Shown here one piece after another: positions 33,167-42,314 of a DNA stretch of 64,000 bases. The stretch is from the IMG/VR virus record IMGVR_UViG_3300049215_000771, positions 248,001 through 312,000 of that record; one strand, written 5' to 3'. The notes under the pieces are model-generated. The model worked only from the letters and a program-made list of their open reading frames with translations. It was not told where the DNA came from and did no database searches. Position numbers and translations under genes: made by a program. Within the stretch, counting starts at the first letter, position 1. Every line of letters starts with the position of its first letter.

Positions 33167-34744
33167 ATGGCAATTACCAACGGCTGCCCATTTGACATTG
33201 CACCATATGCACAATCGCAGGTCGTAAGTAGCCCAAACATCTTCAACCTGAACTACACCAACCAGGACTTCTGGTCGATGAAGACACGTTTGATCGACTT
33301 CATTCGGCAAAAGTTCACCACGGAGTTCTCGGACTTTGTTGAAGGTTCTTTGGCCATCATGTTGATCGAGAATTGGGCATTCCTGGCGGATACCCTTTCC
33401 TTCAAAATCGACCAAATCGCTAATGAAATCTTCATCGACACAGTAACAGAAATAGACAATGGTTTCAGGCTTTCTAAACTGGTTGGCTTCCAGCCACAAC
33501 CCCCGATTGCAGCTTCCTCCATGTGGACCGCTACGATCAATAACCCGATCCTAACAGACCTGACAATCCCTGCGCCACTCGACATCAAAACACAATCGGG
33601 CACAACAAGCATCACTATTGAGTTGTACCCAGCCGATCAGAACAACAATCCAATTTTCGATCAAGACATCATCATCCCGGCTGGAAACATTGTAAACGCC
33701 GCCATTGTTGGACTTGAGGGGCGAACCCGCACCCAAACAGTAACCAGCACAGGTGTTGTTGGACAAACTATCCAGTTGAACTACTTCCCTGTCATTTTCG
33801 ACTCGGTGTTGGTGGATGTAGATGGGGTACGCTGGACCCAGGTTGAATTCTTCACTGACTCGCAGCCTCGCCGGGAATTTAGAGTTGAGTTTGACGCCAC
33901 TTACACAGCCTATGTCATTTTTGGAGACAACACGGCTGGTTTGCTGCCTTCCAACGGTTCGCAAATTGTTGTGACCTATCGTCAGGGTGGCGGAACCATC
34001 GGCAACATCGTGACTGGCTCAGTGCAGACACAGACCATTGTGGATGTGCCTGGGCTGGGATATGCCGTACCCGTCAATTTCACCAATTACACCGCTGGCA
34101 CCAATGGCTACGACGGCGACACGCTGGATGACATTCGACACAAACTACCGGCCTGGACCACGACTCAGCTTCGGTGTGTCACTGGACTTGACTACAAGAA
34201 CACAGCAGACCTGTTTGCCACTCCCTACAACGGATTGATTGGAAAATCCACGGCGGTACTGAGGAATGCTGGATGCGCAGGAAACATCATTGACCTGTAC
34301 GTTCTTGCCGTAGCTGGGACTACGCAATCCTTGTCAACAACAGCCCTGGCCCCGGCATCGAATGAATTGAAAACGGCCCTGCAAGAATATCTGGCCGGTT
34401 TGCAAATGTTCACAGACTACGTTTGTATTCGAGATGGATTCGTGGTGACAGTTGACGTAACAATTGACGTGGTTTTGAACAAGTTCTACCAGAAGTTCCA
34501 GGATCAGATCAACGCACAGATACAACAAAAATTGACCCAATTCTTCTCGTTGAGCAATTGGGATTACGGGCAGACCTTGCAAGACAAAGACATCATCATG
34601 CTGCTTTCCAGCATCTCGGAGGTAAGCAGCTACGAAATCTCGTTCACGACGAACGATCCAAACAATGGCGGAACAACCGTTGTGACGGATTTCAACCAGA
34701 TTATCGTGCCTGATGTTGTGACAATTGCTTTTTCCTACGAGTAA
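33167..34744 (+). CDS. Baseplate J / gp6-like wedge protein
   Basis: NYTNQDFWSMK..SDFVEGSLAIMLIE, FGDN..G..P, G.DGDTLDDIR, RCVTGLDY. Confidence 0.85.
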   Translation: MAITNGCPFDIAPYAQSQVVSSPNIFNLNYTNQDFWSMKTRLIDFIRQKFTTEFSDFVEGSLAIMLIENWAFLADTLSFKIDQIANEIFIDTVTEIDNGFRLSKLVGFQPQPPIAASSMWTATINNPILTDLTIPAPLDIKTQSGTTSITIELYPADQNNNPIFDQDIIIPAGNIVNAAIVGLEGRTRTQTVTSTGVVGQTIQLNYFPVIFDSVLVDVDGVRWTQVEFFTDSQPRREFRVEFDATYTAYVIFGDNTAGLLPSNGSQIVVTYRQGGGTIGNIVTGSVQTQTIVDVPGLGYAVPVNFTNYTAGTNGYDGDTLDDIRHKLPAWTTTQLRCVTGLDYKNTADLFATPYNGLIGKSTAVLRNAGCAGNIIDLYVLAVAGTTQSLSTTALAPASNELKTALQEYLAGLQMFTDYVCIRDGFVVTVDVTIDVVLNKFYQKFQDQINAQIQQKLTQFFSLSNWDYGQTLQDKDIIMLLSSISEVSSYEISFTTNDPNNGGTTVVTDFNQIIVPDVVTIAFSYE

Positions 34745-34747
34745 AAT

Positions 34748-37700
34748 ATGGCAACAGTAGCGCCCGATCAAAACCCTCAAGTATTAGACACGGTTCTGTT
34801 CAACCTGCCGACGCCGGATGCCAATGGCTGCTTCCTGGCTGATCCATACATGGTGAACAGCGTTGTGGTCTATTTCGTTGAGAGAGATTTCGCTGATCTG
34901 AATGAAAACCAATATGACAATATCATTCAGGATGACGCCGCCAGTGCTGCCGCTGACGCAGCCGAGGCCGTGGCCTGCGCCAATCCGACTGCCGCCAACA
35001 TTCAACAAGCAAAAACACTTCGGTCACAAGCCAACAGTTTGGCATTCACAAGCCCATTCTACTACAACGATGCCAACCCTGTCACTGTTGTAGGCAATGC
35101 TGATTATCCTGCCTGGCTTACCACAGATCAAAGCAACGCCTTCATCACGCACACTGGCACCGGGCAGTTTCAATATGCCTGGAACAGTTATGGAATGCGT
35201 GAAGGCGACTACTTTGTTTGTTGGACCTGGACGCCCAACCCTGCCGGCGACACCATCTCCAACAGTTTCAAGTTCAATCTGGCTGGCAATTCAGTAGTAA
35301 CAACCAGCATTCCGACGCACTACACACAGCCGGACAAGTATTACACTCTACTGACAACCTACCTGCCGGAAACGTACAAAACACTGATTACTGACACCGA
35401 CCGAACACCAGATGTATTGGACAGGTTCAACCAGGCCGTAGCCCTTGGTTTTACTGCTGTAGAAAACCTAGCCAATCAGATTGTAGACCTTCAGGACGCC
35501 AACAGTACGGCAGAAGCATTCTTGCCCCTTCTGGCCCGTTACTTTGGCATTACCCTGAAAACACAAGACCCAGCACTGTGGAGGCGTCAGATCAAGCAAG
35601 CCATCCCATTGTTCAAGAAGAAGGGAACGATTGGAGGCTTGCAGGAGGCATTGGCTCAGGCTGGAATCAGGATGGCGAAAGTAACCAGGTTGTGGCAGAT
35701 TATTTCTTCATACACTTGGCAGGACGCTTTCACCTATGACGGAACCAATGACACCTGGGAACTTTCCAAGACGCCAGTGATGCCTATTGATCCAACCAAC
35801 TATGCTGTTTACTTGAGGCCAGAAGGACAACCTTCTTACATGCAATTGGGAACAGATTATGTTTCCTTTGGAACTGACATGGACGGCAACCCAACAGTAA
35901 CCTGGGCTGGCAGCGGCCTGATGATCGACCCTATTGACCTTGTTGCTGGCGACATCGTAAAGGTGTTGTATGTTTACAAGTCAGTGCCGGATAGCCCACA
36001 CCAGACCATTGAGAATTATGTGCGCAGCCTGCCATTGGCTGACCAGCGTGACGAAACAAAACAACAATACCCACTAAAAAACTGGAACGTGCGACTCATC
36101 GAGGAGGACGACCCGTTGTTCAATGTGGTCATTCCCGACAAGTTTCCATTCATGGACCCGCTGATCTACGGCAAGGTGCGCACTGAATTCCCGTACTCCG
36201 AGAATGCCTACAACGCCGATGAATACAACGGCAGCATCAGGAATTCCTACAATCCCTGCGACATCGACAAGGACTTCCTCGATCCATGTACGGCCTGCCT
36301 GGGAAGCAAGTTCAATATCGACCTGGAGATCGAGAACTTGTCCAACAATCGCATTCTGGAGGCCCAGGACGTGATATTGGAATTCGTGCCGTTCCACGCC
36401 CAGCTTCAGACCATGAACTTCACTGGCGGGATAACTGAATTTATAACGCCTCCCCTGGAAGAAATTGAGGTTTTGGTGAGTGTTTCGGGCGGTGATTTTG
36501 TGCTTTGCGGCGAGGGACAGATGTGGTTCAACCGTGCCATGAAGGGCGGCTTAACCACCCATATCATCGACCGCTCCATGTTGGCATCGTCGGACATCCC
36601 AATATCAAATCAGGCCGGCACAGCCTACAACGATTACATTACCATCTGGAGTTCCAGTGTTTTGTTCGACAACATAGCCATGTCCACAGATGGTTCGGCT
36701 TTATTGGAAGTTTTTGCACCATCACCAAATGCCGGAACCTACAACCTGAGCAACCCGTCCCGCAACACAGCAGTTGTAACTGGTGCTACGGAACCACTGA
36801 ACACTTCAGCATTTACGTTCAGGCTATCGAACGTCTTGACTTCAGGTACGCTGTGTAACATCTATCAGAACAACTCGGTGACGTTGCTTGATGCGAACAA
36901 TCCGTTCCCTAGTGTTTTGTCCTTGTTTGACGTGACATATAACGGGGCGACGGGACCATATACAGTTTTGATTCCTGCTTACAGCGCCACACATTATCAG
37001 GTGAACAGTGTTTTCCCGGACGGCTCCTTGGAGTTGTTGGATCACGGAGAAACGCTGCCAACATCCAATGTAACCAACGTGGCTTATACCTTGTACGATG
37101 AGAACGGAGCGGTGGTAAGCAGCAGTACGACAGGCGGGTTGACGATAGCAGTACGGGGTCGGGTGCAATCGTTGGATAGTAGCATTCAGGACATCCACAA
37201 CATGATTCGTGGCACCTGTTATGTTGTTACGGGCGGCAGTCAGTATTTGATTGATGGTTTTGTCAGTCCCACTGATGACGCCGAATTCTACATCGACGGG
37301 TACGCAGGCGGGGACATGGCTGGCACGACTTTGACGATTTACCAGCGAATTGTAGACAACGAAATTGGATATTTCAGCCATCGAGGACTGGAGTTGCAGG
37401 TTTCAGGCAACCTGGAAACAACTTTGAACATACAAAATGGTGCAAATCCACCTGCTACGCCGCTAGAAAATAACGACTTCATGGAGAACTACATTGTAAC
37501 AATTAACAGCCAAGATTACTTGATTAGCATGATAAATGGCAACAGCCCACCGGGATACACGACAATTACTTTGGCCGGGCCGGACAATTACTGGAAGACG
37601 TTGGGTGCAGGAGGTACGAGCGTGAATTTCACGGTAACACACTTCACCAAGGAAACGATCACAGTTCCAGGCCAGCAGTTCGATCTACCTGCTCACACCT

Positions 37701-37879
37701 TCCCGACCTATGACCGTGGAGGCCGTGAGGTTATTGACCAGCAAACCAACAACGATCCGCCTGTAGGTGTGTCGATGGTTGGCAAGGGTGCCGGTTTGAC
37801 AGAAGTTGTCGAGCAATCGGAGGGCATTAGTTTTGAAATCGAATGGGCCGATGGCTCGAAGGATCAGGGGAATATATGA
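34748..37879 (+). CDS. Baseplate wedge protein with Tail_P2_I-like domain (gp7-like)
   Basis: FLPLLARYFG..WRRQIKQAIPLFKKKGTIGGL..AL; follows the J gene. Confidence 0.75.
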   Translation: MATVAPDQNPQVLDTVLFNLPTPDANGCFLADPYMVNSVVVYFVERDFADLNENQYDNIIQDDAASAAADAAEAVACANPTAANIQQAKTLRSQANSLAFTSPFYYNDANPVTVVGNADYPAWLTTDQSNAFITHTGTGQFQYAWNSYGMREGDYFVCWTWTPNPAGDTISNSFKFNLAGNSVVTTSIPTHYTQPDKYYTLLTTYLPETYKTLITDTDRTPDVLDRFNQAVALGFTAVENLANQIVDLQDANSTAEAFLPLLARYFGITLKTQDPALWRRQIKQAIPLFKKKGTIGGLQEALAQAGIRMAKVTRLWQIISSYTWQDAFTYDGTNDTWELSKTPVMPIDPTNYAVYLRPEGQPSYMQLGTDYVSFGTDMDGNPTVTWAGSGLMIDPIDLVAGDIVKVLYVYKSVPDSPHQTIENYVRSLPLADQRDETKQQYPLKNWNVRLIEEDDPLFNVVIPDKFPFMDPLIYGKVRTEFPYSENAYNADEYNGSIRNSYNPCDIDKDFLDPCTACLGSKFNIDLEIENLSNNRILEAQDVILEFVPFHAQLQTMNFTGGITEFITPPLEEIEVLVSVSGGDFVLCGEGQMWFNRAMKGGLTTHIIDRSMLASSDIPISNQAGTAYNDYITIWSSSVLFDNIAMSTDGSALLEVFAPSPNAGTYNLSNPSRNTAVVTGATEPLNTSAFTFRLSNVLTSGTLCNIYQNNSVTLLDANNPFPSVLSLFDVTYNGATGPYTVLIPAYSATHYQVNSVFPDGSLELLDHGETLPTSNVTNVAYTLYDENGAVVSSSTTGGLTIAVRGRVQSLDSSIQDIHNMIRGTCYVVTGGSQYLIDGFVSPTDDAEFYIDGYAGGDMAGTTLTIYQRIVDNEIGYFSHRGLELQVSGNLETTLNIQNGANPPATPLENNDFMENYIVTINSQDYLISMINGNSPPGYTTITLAGPDNYWKTLGAGGTSVNFTVTHFTKETITVPGQQFDLPAHTFPTYDRGGREVIDQQTNNDPPVGVSMVGKGAGLTEVVEQSEGISFEIEWADGSKDQGNI

Positions 37880-38355
37880 GAGAAACACATAGCCCGTGTG
37901 AAGTGTACGGCCATGTCCAGGCGATCATCGACTACAAGTCTGGCGAGAGGGCCGTCATTGAGTTTCCGAACACCATTCTTCGCACGGGAAGGAATGCGTT
38001 GGCGGCTTCACTTGCCAATGATGTAGGAGGCCAGTTCAACTTCTATATCTCAAGGATGTTGTTCGGCGACGGCGGCACGGCGGGCGGCGTCGTTAAGTTC
38101 GTAGACACTGCCAGAAACGGGTTGTTTGGTATTACCCGTGCCAACAAGCCAGTTATTGCGCAGGTCGATCCGAACATTCCATCTCAGGTGATTTTCACTT
38201 CTGTCGTCGCCTACAGTGAGGCGAACGGTTACACTTTGAATGAGATGGCGTTGCAGATGAACACAGGGGATTTCTACAGTATGGTGACGTTCCCGGACCT
38301 AACCAAGACAGATCAGATGCAGATTACTTGGAATTGGAGGCTTTCCTTCGTATGA
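37876..38355 (+). CDS. Tail/baseplate fibre-attachment protein
   Basis: NTILRTGR..ISRMLFGDGG..EANG..LNEMAL..KT..ITWNWRL, typical of tail-collar/wedge proteins; ATGA coupling. Confidence 0.6.
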   Translation: MRETHSPCEVYGHVQAIIDYKSGERAVIEFPNTILRTGRNALAASLANDVGGQFNFYISRMLFGDGGTAGGVVKFVDTARNGLFGITRANKPVIAQVDPNIPSQVIFTSVVAYSEANGYTLNEMALQMNTGDFYSMVTFPDLTKTDQMQITWNWRLSFV

Positions 38356-38717
38356 AAAACTACTGGCTCGATAAGAAAAAGAACAACATTCCGACTTGCA
38401 AGGATTTGCAGGAAGCTACTGTTGATTTTCAGAACAACAGGACAACAAAAAACGCCGAGAGGCTATGCGAGATGTTCAAGGTTTTGGTGGAAACCATCTT
38501 GAAGTATTTCGGCGACAAGATCGACCTTGGGGACAGGAAGCAAGTTACTGTCGAGTGCATGGCGACGTGCTTTACCAAACTGAGGCGGTACAATCCACAG
38601 AAGGGGAAGGCGTTCAATTTCTTCACAACAATCATCCTGTCACACATGCGGCAGATATACAGAACGAGGAGGGCTTATGCGGAACTTTTGGCTCGACAAA
38701 ATAACAGAAAAAAGTAA
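38352..38717 (+). CDS. gp55-like sigma-factor region-2 protein with NYWLD leader
   Basis: CFTKLRRYNPQKGKAFNFFTTII matches the region 2.2-2.4 pattern of T4-type late sigma; starts MKNYWLDK. Confidence 0.65.
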   Translation: MKNYWLDKKKNNIPTCKDLQEATVDFQNNRTTKNAERLCEMFKVLVETILKYFGDKIDLGDRKQVTVECMATCFTKLRRYNPQKGKAFNFFTTIILSHMRQIYRTRRAYAELLARQNNRKK

Positions 38718-39084
38718 GGTGCAAACTTGGAACTTCGAGGAAGAACTGAAGAAAATGATGGACAAGGCAGCGATAACTTTGGAGATGCAGTCCGTGAAAG
38801 TCTTGCCGGAACCAAGCTCGACGGAAAACTTGGTGCGCCGTTGGAAGAGAATGGAAATCACTTCCCAATGCGGGCACAGTTGGTTCTTCGCCGACGAGAA
38901 TGCAAGCTGCGGCGCATGGGCGAAGCTGGTGGAGCGGCCCGATTATGGGGTTCCATTGCCGCAGGCATCCGTAAAGCAACAAGATGATGTGCTTCCACCC
39001 TGGAACACTGAAACCTACAACGGAATCGACCTGGAGAATACCGAAGAATTTACGCCGACAAACGGCTGGGAGTGCGATCTATGA
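38677..39084 (+). CDS. Mini-protein carrying spike-derived segments with NFWLD leader
   Basis: GAGGAGGG RBS; RRWKRMEITSQCG and PPWNTETYNGIDL match segments of the 30530 spike. Confidence 0.75.
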   Translation: MRNFWLDKITEKSKVQTWNFEEELKKMMDKAAITLEMQSVKVLPEPSSTENLVRRWKRMEITSQCGHSWFFADENASCGAWAKLVERPDYGVPLPQASVKQQDDVLPPWNTETYNGIDLENTEEFTPTNGWECDL

Positions 39085-39632
39085 AGAACTACTGGTTAGA
39101 CAGGAAAAAAAAGAAAGATTGCTACTGCGACAAATCCGACGAGGGAATGAGGAGGCGGGCAAAGTTGCAGACTGAGTACATGCGGCGTCGGATAGAACGC
39201 CTGCGAAACTTCACCAGGGCTTTGGCCACGGGCGGCTCGGTGGAGATCAATTGGGAAGCCATTGAGAAGGAGGAGCAGGAAGAAAAAATCAAGTTCGAGA
39301 TTCCTGAAATTCCGACCCCTGAAATTCCGCCAATCACAGTAATGTGGGACTTCAACACCCCGCCGCCTGAAATCAACATCCCGCCGATGGTATTCGGGAC
39401 CATCGACATCACTGGTACTGGAATAATGACTCAGATCGACATTTCGCCACCCGTCAATATACCGACTGAGATCAAACTGGTTGCTCCAGACCCGATGCCT
39501 GTCATCAAGGTGGAATGGGGTCTACCGCCTACCATTCCTTTGATAATCACGGATACGTCCGGGCCGATGGGGACCATGCCGTTGGACATTCCCAGCGTGA
39601 TTACGATAAACTCGCCGGAATACCGTATATAA
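39081..39632 (+). CDS. Mini-protein resembling the flanks of the 2048-aa fibre, with NYWLD leader
   Basis: ATGA coupling; NIPPMVF, PPVNIPTEI and VEWGLPPT match fibre NLPPIVF, PPINIPSEI and VNWGPAPT. Confidence 0.7.
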   Translation: MKNYWLDRKKKKDCYCDKSDEGMRRRAKLQTEYMRRRIERLRNFTRALATGGSVEINWEAIEKEEQEEKIKFEIPEIPTPEIPPITVMWDFNTPPPEINIPPMVFGTIDITGTGIMTQIDISPPVNIPTEIKLVAPDPMPVIKVEWGLPPTIPLIITDTSGPMGTMPLDIPSVITINSPEYRI

Positions 39633-39636
39633 CGAT

Positions 39637-40461
39637 ATGCCAGAACTTGATCTGTATCCAGTACCACTGTATAATCCACTGCACCCGTACCATTGGGAGT
39701 ACGACAACCTGCCGTTGCAGAATTTAATCCTTCGGGATGAAATCATCAACGGCCAGGTTGACTACAACTCAGGCATCTTGATGGATGCCGCTGGTACACA
39801 GGGCACATTGGCAAATCGGCTTGCGCAAAGCATCGACCCCAACGGCAGTCTCTTACTTGCCGCCGTCGATTCCGTGATGCACAACATAGCCGCTCACATT
39901 GACGGAACAGCCAATCTGTCTCCAACTGAGATTTCTTCTTTGGCGACACTTGGGTATGTTGTATCGAATCCAGTCCCGTATGTGAGAATGTTGAACGCAG
40001 AACGGGCCAAGCTATCCCTTATTGCTGATGAAGCAACGAACATGACGATTCAGGTGCAAACACCTTCTGTCACTGTTCTGTACACCCAGGGACCGATTAC
40101 CTTTGTTCCATCCGAAACAGTAACATGGTTCGTTTCAGGTAATCAGATACAGGCCAATTTGGGGTTCCCGATTGAAGCAGCACATCGTCACTACTACGAT
40201 CAGGAACCAGTAACGAGCGATTATCAGAACTATCAAACAACGTCGGTCAGCACACCATGTAGGGTGGGCACATTGCGAGTGTACATCAACGGCGTAAGAC
40301 TCAGTGAAACAGCAAACGTCTACGTTCCCTCAGCCATCATCTCGGCCCCGTGGACGCTGAACTCCTTCACGCCAAACGAAGAAGCTGGAACTTTCCAACT
40401 GGAAACTCCCATTACCGCCGCTGACATCATTCGCATCGACTTCGACATTGCTTTGACATAA
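39637..40461 (+). CDS. Tail/baseplate structural protein
   Basis: Beta-rich ORF in the tail operon; C-terminal LRVYINGVRL domain common in tail proteins. Confidence 0.6.
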   Translation: MPELDLYPVPLYNPLHPYHWEYDNLPLQNLILRDEIINGQVDYNSGILMDAAGTQGTLANRLAQSIDPNGSLLLAAVDSVMHNIAAHIDGTANLSPTEISSLATLGYVVSNPVPYVRMLNAERAKLSLIADEATNMTIQVQTPSVTVLYTQGPITFVPSETVTWFVSGNQIQANLGFPIEAAHRHYYDQEPVTSDYQNYQTTSVSTPCRVGTLRVYINGVRLSETANVYVPSAIISAPWTLNSFTPNEEAGTFQLETPITAADIIRIDFDIALT

Positions 40462-40479
40462 GGCAATGAGGCATAAAAC

Positions 40480-41019
40480 TTGAGCAATTTATTCACACAT
40501 AAGGACTTGAAGTGTGGGTTCATTATCTTGTGTTCGGAACACAACCCTGATCTTTTACGATACACAGTCCGATCAATTCAGATGCGCTACGGCGAAGCAC
40601 CCATCATCGCCGTAACTGACGCCGGGACAACAGATAACGAGATGAGGGAAATGAAAACATTTTGCCCTGTGTTTAAGGGCAAGAAAACTTTCACTTCCCT
40701 CATCAATGTTGGTTTCCAGCACACCCTGGCCGGTTGGAACTTCGTCGTCATGGCCGGCACAACCATGCGGGCCAGCCTGGATCGCAAAATGTCCTACTTT
40801 GTCAACAGCGAGAAGGACATTTTGTTTCCAATTGCCAACAACAAGTGGAATTTCGTGGAGGCGACCCTGAACGGCCTCCTAATTCACAAGAAAACCTTCA
40901 AGGAGGTCGGCGACATGCCAAACGAAGGCTCCCTGGAGATGGCAAAGGCAGAATGGGCACTGAACGCTGCTGACCGTGGCTGCACTTTCAAAGCCATCAT
41001 AGGAGCCAAACTTTGCTAG
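40480..41019 (+). CDS. Short GT-A (GT2-like) fold protein lacking an obvious DxD
   Basis: GFIIL..LRYTVRSI..IIAVTDA..SLINVGF..WNFVVMAG..NGLLIHKKTFKEVG..EWA.NA..G..F; TTG start. Confidence 0.45.
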   Translation: MSNLFTHKDLKCGFIILCSEHNPDLLRYTVRSIQMRYGEAPIIAVTDAGTTDNEMREMKTFCPVFKGKKTFTSLINVGFQHTLAGWNFVVMAGTTMRASLDRKMSYFVNSEKDILFPIANNKWNFVEATLNGLLIHKKTFKEVGDMPNEGSLEMAKAEWALNAADRGCTFKAIIGAKLC

Positions 41020-41567
41020 ACCAGGCCGTAGGTGAACGCCCAGCGGTCGTTATGGACATGCTTGCCCTTATTCACTTCGCATAGATATTCCCACAGCCCA
41101 TCCCAGCTACCGAACATGAACTCATGCGGGATGAAGCCATAATACCACAAGGGAATGAACTCCTTCCCCTGCGGACAAACCAGCATGGTCGGCTTCTTCG
41201 CATTGTTTGAGTTGATGATTTCGTGGTGCGTGCCGGTCGTCGGAACACCAGACGGCAGGTAGGCAATCGTGAAATCCGCCCGATCCACCATAGCCAAATC
41301 CTTCCGCACGAAGGCTTTGGCTATTTTCGTCATTGTTTCATAGTCCCTGTCGATCCTGGCTTGTTTCAGAACAGGAACCCACTGTTGCTTGGGATCGGCG
41401 AAAGGATCAAACAGCGTGATTTTGAAGGTTTCAACCAGCACCTTGCGAGGTTCATCCCGCCAGTTGTGCCCCTGGTTGTCGTTCTCAATAGGCCCGGAGA
41501 GGTAGCAGCGTTTTCCCTTCAATACCTTCTTGCGAGGCTTTGGCGGCATCAGGTCGATATTTTGCAT
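41016..41567 (-). CDS. Nucleoside 2-deoxyribosyltransferase / nucleotide N-hydrolase-like protein
   Basis: CYLSGPI..WR..LFDPF..DLAMVDRAD..YL..TTGTHHEI; start moved to MQNIDL (GAGGA RBS). Confidence 0.75.
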   Translation of the reverse strand: MQNIDLMPPKPRKKVLKGKRCYLSGPIENDNQGHNWRDEPRKVLVETFKITLFDPFADPKQQWVPVLKQARIDRDYETMTKIAKAFVRKDLAMVDRADFTIAYLPSGVPTTGTHHEIINSNNAKKPTMLVCPQGKEFIPLWYYGFIPHEFMFGSWDGLWEYLCEVNKGKHVHNDRWAFTYGLV

Positions 41568-41624
41568 GGCTTCCTCGTGATATAGAACTCTATTACAGGT
41601 AGGTTGTACCACACAGGAGAAAAT

Positions 41625-42305
41625 ATGTCAACACAACTCGAATCGGTGAATTTCATGTCGGATATTGACAAGGTACTGGAGGCAGAAGTCGCCCAGCGGC
41701 ACAGCTTCTTCCAACTCAAATACTTCGTCATTGGCAAAGAACCCACCCATCAGGCCCGCATGTGGCAGTGTATTCGTGAACTCAAAGCACGGCGGGAAGC
41801 CCTTGTTGCCCTTGAACTTGAGATCGAGGAGGGCAGGGATAACCTCGAACTGTCCGAGATGCAATTCGACGAGCATATCAATACGGACGATGTAGTGAAC
41901 AGGGACAAATATGCAGAACGACGGCGGCATATTATGGGCCGCAAACTGCTGCGTCAGGTGAATGCCGCCAAGAACAACCTGGCCCAGCTTGAGGACAAGA
42001 AGAAGTGGTTGTTACAGGAAGCGCAGTTCTTCCTGGAGTCGTTCAAGAACCTTGAGAAGATCGAGAAAATGAAGCCATTCGACGACTTGGATGCTCAGAA
42101 AGCATATTGGGGCGAGAAACTGGCGAACAAAATAAACCTCAAAATGTTGATGCAGAACCCTGTAGATACTGAACTGATCGAAACGGTCATCGCTTTGCCG
42201 GATGATATTCCCGTCAAACAAACGATGGTGAAGCGTCTGAACTCAATCCAGAACCAAATGCTTCTGCTCAAGGAAGAATATAAGAAGAAACTTGGGGCTG
42301 CATAA
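41625..42305 (+). CDS. Coiled-coil hypothetical protein
   Basis: AGGAG RBS; long heptad pattern. Confidence 0.65.
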   Translation: MSTQLESVNFMSDIDKVLEAEVAQRHSFFQLKYFVIGKEPTHQARMWQCIRELKARREALVALELEIEEGRDNLELSEMQFDEHINTDDVVNRDKYAERRRHIMGRKLLRQVNAAKNNLAQLEDKKKWLLQEAQFFLESFKNLEKIEKMKPFDDLDAQKAYWGEKLANKINLKMLMQNPVDTELIETVIALPDDIPVKQTMVKRLNSIQNQMLLLKEEYKKKLGAA

Positions 42306-42314
42306 AGGAGGAAT

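Noticed and set aside
38677-39084. Spike-like segments as a DGR template repeat
   Set aside because: Differences are mostly synonymous and not adenine-specific, segments are short and reordered, and no reverse transcriptase is in the window.
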